DNA of 64,000 nucleotides from a bacterium (GTDB taxonomy: Bacteria > SAR324 > NAC60-12): the NCBI GenBank assembly GCA_965205865.1, contig CBDBHR010000028.1, positions 544,001 through 608,000 of the forward strand. Direction: 5' to 3'. The notes beneath the pieces are model-generated. The model had not been told where the DNA came from. It worked only from the letters and a program-made list of their open reading frames with translations, and ran no database searches. Positions 9,066 through 19,861 of the stretch are shown one piece after another; the first letter of the stretch is position 1, and each line of letters starts with the position of its first letter. The position numbers and the translations under genes were made by a program.

Positions 9066-10775
9066 TCAATCTTCAACGGCTTTCCATTTTTCGATCCACA
9101 AGAGAGCATTGGAGGTCTCGGAAGAACTTTGCTCTGCGTGAGACTTTGTAATACCCCGACTCAAAATGATAACCGGTAGAATACCGACCATGACAATCGT
9201 TACTGACCATAAAGAGGATTCGTGCAAACGTTCATCGGAAGCATATTCATAGATACGAGTTGCGAGCGTACTGAAGTTGAAAGGTTGCAGCATCAAGGTC
9301 AACGGCAGTTCCTTCATCACATCGACAAAGACTAAAATCGCCGCAGTGAGCGCACTTCCCTGCAAAAGAGGAAAATGAACCCGTCTCAGGGTGGCAAATG
9401 TTCCCTGCCCAAGGGTTTTTGAAACCTCTTCGAGATTTTTGGTGATTTTTGTCAATCCTGCTTCGAGGGTTCCGAAGGATAATGCCAGAAAACGAACAAG
9501 ATAAGCAAAGACGACAGCGACAATCGTACCACTGAGAATTAGTCCGGTCGAAACGTCAAAGAAGTCTCGCATAAAGCGATCAACTGCGTTATCCAACCCG
9601 GCAAAAGGAAGCAGCACGCCAAGCGCAATAATAGGACCAGGCACTGCATAACCCAATGTGGCGATACGGGTGGTTATCCGCACCAATTTTGTGGGGCGGA
9701 GCCTTACTCCGTAAGCTGTCAACAATGCCAATAAAACAGATAATACTGCCGCAATACCGGCAAGCATGACACTATTGGACGCATCACTGATAAATCGATG
9801 AGTGAGGGTTTGTTCATAGGTTTCGAAAACCCACTTGAGCAGAAGTAAAAACGGGATCAAAAATCCAAATAAAATAGGTAAAAAACAACAGAGAAATGCC
9901 ATCAACGCATGTCCACCGGAAAGCCGAGGTTTCTTTTTATCCATCCTGTTTTGTTTATTGTGATGATAGCGTTTCCGGCGTCGTGACAGTCGTTCCAGAA
10001 ATACTAAAATCGCCACAAAAACCAACAATGTAGTAGCCAATTGCGCTGCGCCAGGTGCGTTGTACATTCCCAACCAGACGCTATATATGCCTGTTGTAAA
10101 AGTACTGACAGCAAAGATTTGCACCGTTCCAAAATCACCTATGGTTTCCATCAATGCCAGAATTAAACCCACTACAATCGCTGGTCTTGATAAAGGCAGG
10201 GCAACTTGCCAAAAATTCTTCCAGGCTCCCTTTCCCAAAAGTTGTCCCACTTCCATGACATTCATGGAAAGATCCAAAAAGGAAGCCCTGGCAAGTAAAT
10301 AGACATAAGGATACAAAACCAGGACCAACATCGCTATCGCTCCCTCCAGTGAAACGATATGAGGGAACCAATAATCCTTGGCGCTTTGCCAGCCAAATAA
10401 AAGTCTTAGAAAGGATTGGACGGGACCGGCAAACTCGAGGATTTGAACATAAACCGTGGCAATGACATAGGCTGGCATGGCGAGAGGCAAAAACAGAGCC
10501 CATTCAAAGACCCGCTGCCCTGGAAAACGATACATGGTTACCAACCATGCAGTGCTGATTCCAATCACTAAAACGCCCGCCCCGACGCCGAGCATCAACA
10601 AAAATGTGTTGCGCGCATATCGGGGAAGGACGGTTGTTGATAGATGAGACCAAACTTCATCGCTTGGTGTGAAAGCCAGTCCGATTACCGCAAAAATGGG
10701 AATTGAAAAAATCAATGCCAGTAAAACAGTAAAAACGGACCAGCTATCCACGCTTTTTTTTATAGTTGAGTTCAC
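9066..10775 (-). CDS. fbpB: Fe3+ ABC transporter permease
   Basis: Duplicated permease domains; LPLAMPAYV, DFG and KELPLTL motifs. Confidence 0.9.
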   Translation of the reverse strand: MNSTIKKSVDSWSVFTVLLALIFSIPIFAVIGLAFTPSDEVWSHLSTTVLPRYARNTFLLMLGVGAGVLVIGISTAWLVTMYRFPGQRVFEWALFLPLAMPAYVIATVYVQILEFAGPVQSFLRLLFGWQSAKDYWFPHIVSLEGAIAMLVLVLYPYVYLLARASFLDLSMNVMEVGQLLGKGAWKNFWQVALPLSRPAIVVGLILALMETIGDFGTVQIFAVSTFTTGIYSVWLGMYNAPGAAQLATTLLVFVAILVFLERLSRRRKRYHHNKQNRMDKKKPRLSGGHALMAFLCCFLPILFGFLIPFLLLLKWVFETYEQTLTHRFISDASNSVMLAGIAAVLSVLLALLTAYGVRLRPTKLVRITTRIATLGYAVPGPIIALGVLLPFAGLDNAVDRFMRDFFDVSTGLILSGTIVAVVFAYLVRFLALSFGTLEAGLTKITKNLEEVSKTLGQGTFATLRRVHFPLLQGSALTAAILVFVDVMKELPLTLMLQPFNFSTLATRIYEYASDERLHESSLWSVTIVMVGILPVIILSRGITKSHAEQSSSETSNALLWIEKWKAVED

Positions 10776-11812
10776 TCGTAACCGGCTTCATTCATAATCT
10801 CGAACGCCTCAGTCCGAAAGTTGCCAATTGTCGCGAGATTCACCGTATCACGCTTGAAAACGCCATTCTCGATTCCGGGTTGTCCTTCTCCAAAAGATTT
10901 CACAATTCCCGATAACATCACTCCCTCTTTCAAAGGATATTCATGATTGACCCGGGCATACATTTGCTGAGCCAGATCATCCGTCAAAAACTCAAGCAGC
11001 TTAATGGCGTTTTTCAGATTTTGAGAACTTTTAGTGACACCTCCACCACTGATATTCATGTGCGTCCCTCGCTCATCTTGATTGGGGAAAAAAATACTGG
11101 CAGAAGCCGCCCAGTCACGTTGTTGCGGATTTTCCAACATTTTTCCCATGTAGTAAGAGTTGCCCAGGGAAAAATCACACTCACCTTCGGAAATGGCCTT
11201 AACTTGGGCACGATCATTACCTTGCGGTTTGCGAGCTAAATTTGCCCGCAGACCTTTGGCCCAATTTAACGCATATTCCTTGCCATGATGCGCAATAATC
11301 GAAGATAAAAGCGCAATGTTGTAATTGTGTAAGCCGGAACGTGAGCAGATTCTTCCTTTAAACTTTGCATCGATCAAATCTTCGTAGGTGGACAGCTCAC
11401 TGACCTCAACCCGCTCTTTGGAATAATAAATCACCCTGGCCCGCGCTGTCAATCCCGTCCACAATCCTCCGGGATTACGAAACTCCGCTGGAATATTCGC
11501 CTCGATCACTTTGGATTCGATCGATTGAAGCAGACCCTCATCAGCTAGCTTGGTCAGATTGGAAATATCCACGGTTAAAACAACATCTGCAGGACTATTC
11601 ATCCCCTCCGCTTTCAGTCGCTCTAACAGTCCCGATTTAATATACACCACATTGACACCGATGCCCGTCTGTTGCTCATATACGTTCAAAAATGGACGCA
11701 TTAAAAACTCCTGACGTGTGGAATACACGTTTACTTCTTCCGCTTGTAAGAAAGTCGGAATCAACAACACAATTGATACTGCCAAACTTAAAATAAATTT
11801 ATGGATTCTCAT
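10772..11812 (-). CDS. fbpA: Fe3+ ABC transporter substrate-binding protein (FbpA/FutA)
   Basis: Signal peptide, EVNVYS, EG.NSPAD, NDRAQ, GNSYY. Confidence 0.9.
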   Translation of the reverse strand: MRIHKFILSLAVSIVLLIPTFLQAEEVNVYSTRQEFLMRPFLNVYEQQTGIGVNVVYIKSGLLERLKAEGMNSPADVVLTVDISNLTKLADEGLLQSIESKVIEANIPAEFRNPGGLWTGLTARARVIYYSKERVEVSELSTYEDLIDAKFKGRICSRSGLHNYNIALLSSIIAHHGKEYALNWAKGLRANLARKPQGNDRAQVKAISEGECDFSLGNSYYMGKMLENPQQRDWAASASIFFPNQDERGTHMNISGGGVTKSSQNLKNAIKLLEFLTDDLAQQMYARVNHEYPLKEGVMLSGIVKSFGEGQPGIENGVFKRDTVNLATIGNFRTEAFEIMNEAGYE

Positions 11813-11848
11813 ATTTCTCCTTTAATTTAATAAAATTTTTCGAATAAA

Positions 11849-11910
11849 TAACAATGGAAATTTCTTTGGAAAACATCACTAACAATGGAAATTTCTTTGG
11901 AAAACATCCC
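11849..11910. repeat. 31-bp tandem duplication (1 mismatch)
   Basis: TAACAATGGAAATTTCTTTGGAAAACATC(A/C)C x2. Confidence 0.95.
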
Positions 11911-11942
11911 TGACCATCAAAATCTGATTCTTTACGCTCTTT

Positions 11943-12297
11943 TCCGACACGCTTGTTGGAAACTCGGAGGAAGAATTATATTGAGGACCGATGCGCTCCA
12001 TTCCATAAGTTGTTAGCATATAAGGTTAAAATATATTAGTATATACGAAATAAAATATTAATATACGCGAAATTAATTTGATTGTCTATACTAATTAATT
12101 AAAAATAAAAAAATTCGTCATCCGACACGCTTGTTGGAAACTCGGAGGAAGAATTATATTGAGGACCGATGCGCTCCATTCCATAAGTTGTTAGCATATA
12201 AGGTTAAAATATATTAGTATATACGAAATAAAATATTAATATACACGAAATTAATTTGATTGTCTATACTAATTAATTAAAAATAAAAAATTCGTCA
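11943..12297. repeat. 178/177-bp tandem duplication upstream of fbpA
   Basis: 11943-12120 and 12121-12297 differ by one substitution and one A in a homopolymer. Confidence 0.95.
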
Positions 12298-12578
12298 GAG
12301 GCAGGTAAAAGCTGAAGAAAACAAGTTTGCGGTTAAGGATTCGCTTCAGAAAAGTCGAAAATGCAGGAAGGTCTGTTCAATTCCCCACAGAATACAAATT
12401 CGCCAGTTCATTTCGTATTATCAGGGAACAAAGGACTTGGCGTTACTCATTAAATAAATTACGTAAGTAATGAGGAAGACGTCAATTAGATGATTACGTT
12501 TATAGGTTTGCCTGCCTCCTCGAAATTTGTTAGGATTTTGACATATGCGCTTTCATAAATTTTTATCACGAAATCCAA

Positions 12579-13127
12579 ATGCCTCGTTTGTTTATTGCCA
12601 TCGATTTTCCGGATACGGTGATAGATCAGTTGATTGAACTATGTGACTGGAGTTTTGAGAATGCAAGTTGGACCGATGATGATCAATTTCACTTGACGCT
12701 GCGTTTTATTGGAGAGGCCGATGGCATAAGCTTCGCTGACATCCGAAAAGATCTTTTTCAAATTCGGCAACCGGCTTTTCCTCTGACTTTAAAAGGGATC
12801 GGCTTTTTTCCTCCCCGGAAACAGCCTCGTGTCCTTTGGGCTGGCGTGGAAAAAAACGATGCGCTGTATCAGCTTCAAAAAAAGATCGACACCCGTTTGG
12901 ACAGGCTCCACATGCCTTCGGACAAACGAAAATTTCATCCTCATGTCACTCTGGCGAAACTGCGCCACCTTTCCGTAGAAAGAATCGGTTCTTATCTCAG
13001 AGAGAACAATTTGTTCAAAACAGAACCATTTTACGTCCGGGAGTTCTTCCTGTATTCCAGTGTCCTTACCCCCCGGAGAGCCATCCACACTCAGGAAGCG
13101 TCCTATCCCCTCATTTCTCAAAAATGA
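12579..13127 (+). CDS. thpR: RNA 2',3'-cyclic phosphodiesterase
   Basis: MPRLFIAI; two HxT motifs (HLTLRF, HVTLAK). Confidence 0.92.
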   Translation: MPRLFIAIDFPDTVIDQLIELCDWSFENASWTDDDQFHLTLRFIGEADGISFADIRKDLFQIRQPAFPLTLKGIGFFPPRKQPRVLWAGVEKNDALYQLQKKIDTRLDRLHMPSDKRKFHPHVTLAKLRHLSVERIGSYLRENNLFKTEPFYVREFFLYSSVLTPRRAIHTQEASYPLISQK

Positions 13128-13131
13128 GCTC

Positions 13132-13515
13132 TCAGTTAATCACACCGGGCACGGAGAGCGTGAAACAGGGAATCTCCGCATCAAACATTCCACCGTCCAG
13201 TATTTGCATTTGATAACTCCCTTCCATTGTTCCCATTGGCGACTTCAAATGGGAGCCACTCATGTATTCATGTTCCTCTCCGGGAGCCAGGATTGGTTGT
13301 TTTCCCACCACTCCTTCCCCTTTTACTTCGGAAATCTCCCCGTTGCTATCGGTGATGATCCAATGCCTACTGATCAATTGCGCTGTTTGGGAACTTTGAT
13401 TTTTTATACGGACCCGATAGGCAAAAACATAATGATTCTGTTGGGAATTGGAATGTTCTTCAATATAGAACGATTCAACAGAAACGATGATTCCCCGTGT
13501 GGTTGCTGTCTCCAT
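13132..13515 (-). CDS. apaG: ApaG protein
   Basis: QLISRHWIITD, GEGVVGKQP, GTMEGSY. Confidence 0.95.
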   Translation of the reverse strand: METATTRGIIVSVESFYIEEHSNSQQNHYVFAYRVRIKNQSSQTAQLISRHWIITDSNGEISEVKGEGVVGKQPILAPGEEHEYMSGSHLKSPMGTMEGSYQMQILDGGMFDAEIPCFTLSVPGVIN

Positions 13516-13786
13516 GGATAATTTCAGGTGCAAAAATGGTTAGATGATGGCGCGGGACGCATGTTTGTACGAAACAAAGAAACTCGCAATTGGATTTAAA
13601 ATTTGTCATACTGACCCAGTGTTTGTCTCAAAAATATTTTTCAGTGCTCGAAATATACCATGCCGGACAGGAACAATGCACTGCAAAAAAAATCTCGCAA
13701 CATTATCCCATAAAATCCATGACCACCAATTCCGATGACAAACTATTTTTTAACCCCAACAATTCGGTTCAACCAAAAAGGAGTGC

Positions 13787-14764
13787 ATGTCAACCACAGT
13801 AAAAATCGCAGTTACCGGAGCAGCGGGACAGATTGATTATTCGCTTTTGTTTCGTTTAGCTTCTGGTGAAACATTTGGTCCGGAAACCCTGGTGGAACTA
13901 CAATTGATCGAGATCGAACCAGCGCTGACCGCCCTCGAAGGAGTCGTGTTGGAGTTGGAAGACTGCGCGTTTCCGCTATTGCAGAAAATTTCAATGACTG
14001 CAGACCCCAATGAAGGCTTCTCAGGCGTCAACTGGGCTCTCCTCGTGGGAGCCGCACCCCGAAAAGCCGGGATGGAGCGAAGAGATTTGATCAAAACCAA
14101 CAGTGGTATCTTTGTGGACCAGGGAGCGGCATTGAATCAAGCCGCATCCGATGTTCGTATTCTCGTCGTGGGGAATCCTTGCAACACCAACTGTCTGATT
14201 GCCATGAAGCAGACCAATGACATTCCACGGCACCGTTGGTTTGCTATGACTGCCTTGGATGCCAATCGCGCCAAATTCCAGTTGGCTCAAAAGTCAGGAT
14301 ACCCGGTGCGTGAGGTGAGTAACCTGACGATTTGGGGAAATCACAGTGCCACTCAGTATCCGGATTTCTACAATGCGAAAATCGCTGGAAAACCCGTCAC
14401 GGAAGTGATTCCCGATTTAAACTGGTTGCAAAGCGATTTCATTTCCACTGTGCAGAAACGTGGAGCCATGGTGATTGAAGCGCGGAGTGCCTCTTCGGCT
14501 GCTTCGGCTGCCAATGCCGTCATTGACACTATCAAAAATTTGATTCAACCCACTGCCGCAGGAAACTGGTTCAGCGCTGCTGTCCCCAGTGATGGGAGCT
14601 ATGGCATTCCGGAAGGAATCGTATTCGGATTTCCTCTGCGTAGTGACGGATGCCAGTATGAAATCGTACGAGGCATTACATTGAATGAATTTGCCCAAGA
14701 AAAAATAATGATAACCCTGGCGGAACTAAAGCAAGAGCAGGAAACTGTTAAAAACACTCTTTAA
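13787..14764 (+). CDS. mdh: malate dehydrogenase (MDH type 2)
   Basis: [34 protein letters not shown]. Confidence 0.95.
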   Translation: MSTTVKIAVTGAAGQIDYSLLFRLASGETFGPETLVELQLIEIEPALTALEGVVLELEDCAFPLLQKISMTADPNEGFSGVNWALLVGAAPRKAGMERRDLIKTNSGIFVDQGAALNQAASDVRILVVGNPCNTNCLIAMKQTNDIPRHRWFAMTALDANRAKFQLAQKSGYPVREVSNLTIWGNHSATQYPDFYNAKIAGKPVTEVIPDLNWLQSDFISTVQKRGAMVIEARSASSAASAANAVIDTIKNLIQPTAAGNWFSAAVPSDGSYGIPEGIVFGFPLRSDGCQYEIVRGITLNEFAQEKIMITLAELKQEQETVKNTL

Positions 14765-14778
14765 ACGAGGAGACTTCA

Positions 14779-15954
14779 GTGAAAATTCACGAATTCCAGG
14801 CCAAGCGAATGCTTGCCGAATATGGAGCGACAGTTCCTCGAGGTGATGTGGCTGAAACTCCGGAACAAGCCGTTCAGATCGCAAAATCTCTCGCAAGTGA
14901 AGTCTGTGTGGTCAAAGCCCAAATCCATGCCGGAGGTCGAGGCAAAGGCGGAGGCGTGAAAGTTTCCAAAGGACAGGATGAAGTAAAAACAAATGCATCA
15001 GCCATCTTGGGAATGCAGTTGGTCACCCATCAAACTGGTCCGCAGGGCCGGAAAGTAAAAAGAGTCCTCATTGAAGAAAGCATGGTCATTAAAAAAGAAC
15101 TCTACTGCTCGGTGCTGGTTGATCGTACTTCTCAATCCGTGATTTTTTTGACCTCCACTGCAGGAGGGATGGATATCGAAAAAGTCGCAGCCAAAACCCC
15201 GGAGAAAATTAACAAAGTCTTTGTGGACCCCACGATAGGATTGCGCCCGTTTCAAGCGACCCGACTGGCTTATCATCTGAAGGTCGATGACGTCGACCCC
15301 AAATTGGTCCGTCCCACGGCAGCATTAATGACTTCCCTTTACCACGCCTTTATCCACGAGGATTGTTCACTCGTGGAAATCAATCCTCTGGTCTTGACCG
15401 ACGATGGCAGGGTGATCGTCCTCGATGCCAAACTGACCTATGACGACAATGCTCTGTTCCGGCACAAGAACATTGTCGATCTGCGGGACATGGATGAGGA
15501 AGAACCTGCTGAGGTGGAAGCCAATCAAAACGATCTCAGTTACATCAAACTCCATGGGGCCATCGGTTGCATTGTCAATGGGGCAGGTTTGGCCATGGGT
15601 ACGATGGACATAATCAAGAATTTTGGAGGAGAACCGGCTAATTTTCTCGATGTGGGTGGCACTGCAACTCAGCAAAGGGTGGCTACCGCATTTAGAATCA
15701 TTAGTGCCGATTCTAACGTGAAATGCATCTTGGTCAATATATTCGGTGGCATCGTGCGTTGTGATGTGGTGGCCGAAGGTATCGTGGCAGCGTTCAAGGA
15801 AGTGAATCCGCAAGTGCCGGTAGTGGTTCGCCTTGCCGGAAACAATGCCGATCAAGCCATGAATATTATTGCGCAATCAGGCTTCGGAGACAAGCTGCAG
15901 ATGGTCCGGGGACTGCGTGGGGCTGCCGAAACGGCGGTTGCTGCCTCCAATTAG
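14779..15954 (+). CDS. sucC: succinyl-CoA synthetase beta subunit
   Basis: MKIHEFQAK, KAQIHAGGRGKGGGV, NGAGLAM, ANFLDVGG. Confidence 0.97.
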   Translation: MKIHEFQAKRMLAEYGATVPRGDVAETPEQAVQIAKSLASEVCVVKAQIHAGGRGKGGGVKVSKGQDEVKTNASAILGMQLVTHQTGPQGRKVKRVLIEESMVIKKELYCSVLVDRTSQSVIFLTSTAGGMDIEKVAAKTPEKINKVFVDPTIGLRPFQATRLAYHLKVDDVDPKLVRPTAALMTSLYHAFIHEDCSLVEINPLVLTDDGRVIVLDAKLTYDDNALFRHKNIVDLRDMDEEEPAEVEANQNDLSYIKLHGAIGCIVNGAGLAMGTMDIIKNFGGEPANFLDVGGTATQQRVATAFRIISADSNVKCILVNIFGGIVRCDVVAEGIVAAFKEVNPQVPVVVRLAGNNADQAMNIIAQSGFGDKLQMVRGLRGAAETAVAASN

Positions 15955-16014
15955 GATATGACGTCGCCCAATTTTATCGAGCATTTTTGTTGGTTCCTTT
16001 AAAACAGAGGATTT

Positions 16015-16887
16015 ATGGCGGTTTTAGTTGATAAAAATACCAAGCTACTAGTCCAGGGAATGACCGGATCCCAGGGTGCCTTGCATACGAGAGGCTGCCT
16101 TGACTATGGCACCAATGTTGTCGCAGGCGTCACTCCGGGGAAAGGCGGTCAGTATTTTGAGGGCATACCCGTTTTCAATTCCGTAGAAGAAGCGGTGGAT
16201 GCTACGGCTGCCAACGCTTCCATGATTCTCGTACCACCTCCCTTCGCTGCAGATGCCGTCATTGAAGCCGCGGCCGCCGGGGTGAAACTGATTGTTGCGA
16301 TCACAGAAGGAATTCCGGTGATTGATATGGTCATTGCAGTGCGTTTTGTCCGTGATCAGGGTATGTGTTTGATTGGTCCCAATTGTCCTGGAATTATCAC
16401 CCCGGGACAATGCAAAATTGGCATCATGCCGGGCTTCATCCACAAACCCGGCACTATTGGAGTAGTATCACGCTCCGGAACATTGACTTATGAAGCCGTT
16501 GACCAATTGACACAGGTGGGTTTGGGACAAAGCACCTGCATCGGAATCGGTGGGGATCCCGTCAATGGCACCAATTTTGTGGATTGCCTCCAGTGGTTTC
16601 AGAATGACGCGGAAACTGAAGCGATTGTCATGATTGGCGAAATAGGCGGTGATGCCGAAGAGCAAGCGGCCGCCTTTGCTGAAGAACAGGTCTCTAAACC
16701 CATTGTCAGCTTCATTGCTGGTCAAACAGCCCCTCCGGGACGTCGCATGGGACATGCCGGCGCAATCATCTCCAGCGGAAAAGGCACGGCTGCCGAAAAA
16801 ATGAAAACCCTCAGCGAAGCAGGAATTCACGTTGTGTCCAATCCGGACTTGATTGGACAGAAGATGCTGGAAATCCTTGGAAAATAA
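16015..16887 (+). CDS. sucD: succinyl-CoA synthetase alpha subunit
   Basis: [22 protein letters not shown]. Confidence 0.97.
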   Translation: MAVLVDKNTKLLVQGMTGSQGALHTRGCLDYGTNVVAGVTPGKGGQYFEGIPVFNSVEEAVDATAANASMILVPPPFAADAVIEAAAAGVKLIVAITEGIPVIDMVIAVRFVRDQGMCLIGPNCPGIITPGQCKIGIMPGFIHKPGTIGVVSRSGTLTYEAVDQLTQVGLGQSTCIGIGGDPVNGTNFVDCLQWFQNDAETEAIVMIGEIGGDAEEQAAAFAEEQVSKPIVSFIAGQTAPPGRRMGHAGAIISSGKGTAAEKMKTLSEAGIHVVSNPDLIGQKMLEILGK

Positions 16888-16905
16888 TGTCTTTTTTGCA
16901 TAAAT

Positions 16906-16940
16906 AAAAAAAGCCGGTGAGACTTTAGACCCCACCGGCT
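16906..16940 (-). terminator. intrinsic terminator between convergent sucD and hsp20
   Basis: AGCCGGTG/CACCGGCT stem with a U-tract on the - strand. Confidence 0.65.
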
Positions 16941-16969
16941 ATCCAATGAAGATTTTTCAGATCAACGCA

Positions 16970-17389
16970 TTAATTAATCGCGATCTGCTTTCTCTCCGGT
17001 TGCTCGGACTTTGGAAGCGTGATTTCCAGGATCCCAGTTTCTAAACGGGCCTCCACTTGATCTCCTTTGGCATCTTCAGGCAAACGGACCGTGCGCTGAA
17101 AAGAACCATAGGAGCGCTCTACACAGGAATAGCCATCCTTGTCTTCTTTTCCATCCTGCTTCTTCTCTCCCTTAACAACCAAAACATGGTCCTGCAGAGA
17201 AATCTCGATATCCTCTTTGGCAATGCCAGGAACTTCTATCGAAATATGATAGGTCTTCTCATCTCCCCGTATATCCAAACGGGGAGAAAACCACTGACCC
17301 TCCGTTGCTGTAACACCCCTGAAAAATTCATCCAATTCTGAATGAAATCTGGGAATAACTCTTCTACTATGACTCGGAACTAACCACAT
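16970..17389 (-). CDS. Hsp20/alpha-crystallin small heat-shock protein
   Basis: EVPGI.KEDI, ERSYGSFQR, GILEITLPK; AAGGAGG RBS. Confidence 0.95.
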   Translation of the reverse strand: MWLVPSHSRRVIPRFHSELDEFFRGVTATEGQWFSPRLDIRGDEKTYHISIEVPGIAKEDIEISLQDHVLVVKGEKKQDGKEDKDGYSCVERSYGSFQRTVRLPEDAKGDQVEARLETGILEITLPKSEQPERKQIAIN

Positions 17390-17442
17390 AAGTCCTCCTT
17401 CTATTTTTGAGGTTTTTTAAAAAAATAAAATTAACTAAATTG

Positions 17443-17469
17443 TTAGCACTCATTATATAGGAGTGCTAA
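17443..17469. promoter_or_regulatory. CIRCE element (HrcA operator)
   Basis: Perfect TTAGCACTC-N9-GAGTGCTAA. Confidence 0.97.
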
Positions 17470-17480
17470 CAATTTGTCAA
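17452..17480 (-). promoter_or_regulatory. consensus sigma70 promoter of hsp20
   Basis: TTGACA-17 bp-TATAAT on the - strand, overlapping CIRCE. Confidence 0.9.
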
Positions 17481-17556
17481 CTATTTTTATTTTTTAATAA
17501 AGACATACAATATCAGGGATTTGAAGTGCAAACGGGTGAAATTTTCAAGAAGGAGT

Positions 17557-18525
17557 TCAACTCGCTTGAAGCAGCAAATCGTTCTGGTCCATCCATATTA
17601 GGTCTTCCATGAGACGAATGAATTGGGATTCCCCCCGGACTTCCATCAAAGTTTGTCGATATTCCTTTGCCCGATAAAATCCTTGCGCATACTCTCCCAG
17701 GTATTTGCGAAATTCTTTGAGTGCAATGGGCTCCGTATTGATTTTTCGCAACAGATAATAATGTTCCAAGGCCAGCGTAATTCGACTGGACAAACAGGGT
17801 TGGGGATATTTTCGACTGTCCTGAAAAACCCATGGGTTACCGATCGCTTTGCGTCCAATCATGAATCCATCCAGATTTCGCATGCGATTCAAACCATCGC
17901 AATAATCCTGCACATCCCCGTTCCCCAGGACCGGGATTCCAAGATGCTCCTTGAGGAGATAGATAGGATCCCAGTTCGCCTTTCCTTTGAATGCTTGCCG
18001 ATATGTACGACCGTGGATAGTGAGCAGGGAAACTCCCGCCATTTCAAGCCGCTTGCCGAATGCAATCAAATTGTCTGCATTTTCCCACCCAAGACGGGTT
18101 TTGACGGAAACATCCAACGTGCAGGCGTTGCGGATGGCTTCGATTAGACGGCAGGCCGTGTCCACATCCTTCATCAATGCGCTTCCATGCTGGGAATGGA
18201 CGATTCGTTTGGAAGGGCAACCCATATTGATGTCGATCCCCATGATTCCACGATCTTCCACAATGCGGGATGCTTCTGCAAAAGAATGTGGATTGTTGCC
18301 AAATAGCTGCACAAAAAAGGGATGTTCTGTCGGATGATAATCCAGACGTCGACGGACAAATTCACTGCGGATCAATCCATCCACGTTGGTGAATTCACTG
18401 AAGAGGAGCACTTGCTTGTTGATTTTGCGTACAATTTGACGGAATGCTGTGTTGGTCACCCCATCCATGGGGGCTAAACAAACGATAGGGCTTTCGAATC
18501 TGGACCAAAACATCATATTCTTCAA
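17557..18525 (-). CDS. tRNA-dihydrouridine synthase (DusB-like; start possibly ATG 18516)
   Basis: LAPMDG, DINMGCP, VKTRLGW, HGRT, GNGD, MIGR. Confidence 0.92.
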   Translation of the reverse strand: MKNMMFWSRFESPIVCLAPMDGVTNTAFRQIVRKINKQVLLFSEFTNVDGLIRSEFVRRRLDYHPTEHPFFVQLFGNNPHSFAEASRIVEDRGIMGIDINMGCPSKRIVHSQHGSALMKDVDTACRLIEAIRNACTLDVSVKTRLGWENADNLIAFGKRLEMAGVSLLTIHGRTYRQAFKGKANWDPIYLLKEHLGIPVLGNGDVQDYCDGLNRMRNLDGFMIGRKAIGNPWVFQDSRKYPQPCLSSRITLALEHYYLLRKINTEPIALKEFRKYLGEYAQGFYRAKEYRQTLMEVRGESQFIRLMEDLIWMDQNDLLLQAS

Positions 18526-18706
18526 TGATAATGAGGAAATGAAGTGACAACATCCCCAACTTCACGTCCCTGCATGTGAAAAGGATGCTGTATTTAAACT
18601 AGTAGTTTATGCTAAACTAGCGTAATGCGCTTTTCCTGTCCAGTCGATTATGGAAGACTCATGCATGCCATTCGTCCCCAACAACGATCATTCCAATTGA
18701 GAATCG

Positions 18707-19117
18707 ATGACTGAGCGAAACTATCAAAAACGAAATCAAAACCCAGTCTTATTCTCCCGTCAGTTTTATTCCCCCGTTGCTCAAATAAACAATTCGAATG
18801 AAAAATCATTAGAAGTTGAGAAGTGGCTCGGATTGACTCTGGTTCTATTTCTTTTATCAGGAACATTCATCATTTTGATTGCCTTTCTGGGAGAATATGG
18901 AATTCTGGCATTTCAGGATTTGAAGCAGAGAGAGCAACAGCTCAATGAAAGGATTCAGACCCTTACACAGAAAGAGCAAAAACTCCTTCAGGAAATTGAT
19001 GCTCTGAAAAATAACCTCGATTATATTGAAGCCCTGGCGCGAAAAGATCTGGGACTGATACGAAAGGATGAAGTTATTTATTTCCTGTCCGGCAAATCAT
19101 CTCCCGAAATACCGTGA
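18707..19117 (+). CDS. septum formation initiator (FtsB/DivIC family)
   Basis: TM helix, coiled coil, YIEALARKDLGLIRKDE. Confidence 0.85.
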   Translation: MTERNYQKRNQNPVLFSRQFYSPVAQINNSNEKSLEVEKWLGLTLVLFLLSGTFIILIAFLGEYGILAFQDLKQREQQLNERIQTLTQKEQKLLQEIDALKNNLDYIEALARKDLGLIRKDEVIYFLSGKSSPEIP

Positions 19118-19140
19118 TCCTCTATGTGAGCTGCTGATTC

Positions 19141-19860
19141 ATGAAGTTGGTTGATTTGGTTCAAGGACGTTATCTGAAACGTTATAAACGATTCTTCGTC
19201 GATGTGGAGTTGACTAGCGGAAAGATGGTGACAGCCCATTGCAATAATACAGGGAGCATGAAATCTCTGCTGCACTCCAACAACCCGGTTTGGCTGCAGT
19301 TTCATGAGCACCCGAAACGGAAGCTCAAATATACGCTCCACCTCATGCGGATGCCCACCGGAGCCCTTGTCTGCGTGAACACGCTTTTTCCCAATCAAAT
19401 CGTATTCGAGGCCATAAAAAATCAAAAACTACCAGCATTCCGTCATGCTGAATTCCTGAAAAAAGAAGTCCGTTTTGGTCGAGAAAATTCCAGGGTGGAT
19501 CTTTATCTGGAGAAAGCGGGAAAACCGACTTTTATTGAAATAAAAAATACCACCCTTGCGGAAGACAATCTCCCCGGGGTCGCTCAATTCCCGGATGCCG
19601 TCACTGAGCGAGGACGGAGACACTTGAACGAATTGAGTTACGAAGCGAGCAAAGGGCATCAAGCAGTGATTCTCTATCTGGTCAACCGTACCGATTGCAA
19701 CTCCTTTAGAATTGCGGAACATATCGACCCTCTTTATGCAAACGCCTTGCGGAAAGCCGCGGAGTGCGGAGTGGAAATCCAAATCCATCAAACCCGCATT
19801 GAAATATCTCAGGACCAAGCTATCATTGAAATTGATAGACCCTTGACAATTAAAAAATAG
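19141..19860 (+). CDS. sfsA: SfsA DNA/RNA nuclease-family protein
   Basis: KRYKRF, HCNNTGSM, EIKN, FPDAVTERG. Confidence 0.93.
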   Translation: MKLVDLVQGRYLKRYKRFFVDVELTSGKMVTAHCNNTGSMKSLLHSNNPVWLQFHEHPKRKLKYTLHLMRMPTGALVCVNTLFPNQIVFEAIKNQKLPAFRHAEFLKKEVRFGRENSRVDLYLEKAGKPTFIEIKNTTLAEDNLPGVAQFPDAVTERGRRHLNELSYEASKGHQAVILYLVNRTDCNSFRIAEHIDPLYANALRKAAECGVEIQIHQTRIEISQDQAIIEIDRPLTIKK

Positions 19861-19861
19861 G

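Noticed and set aside
11849-11910. 31-bp repeat as a CRISPR array
   Set aside because: Only two adjacent copies, no spacer and no cas genes; no CRISPR array was seen anywhere in the window
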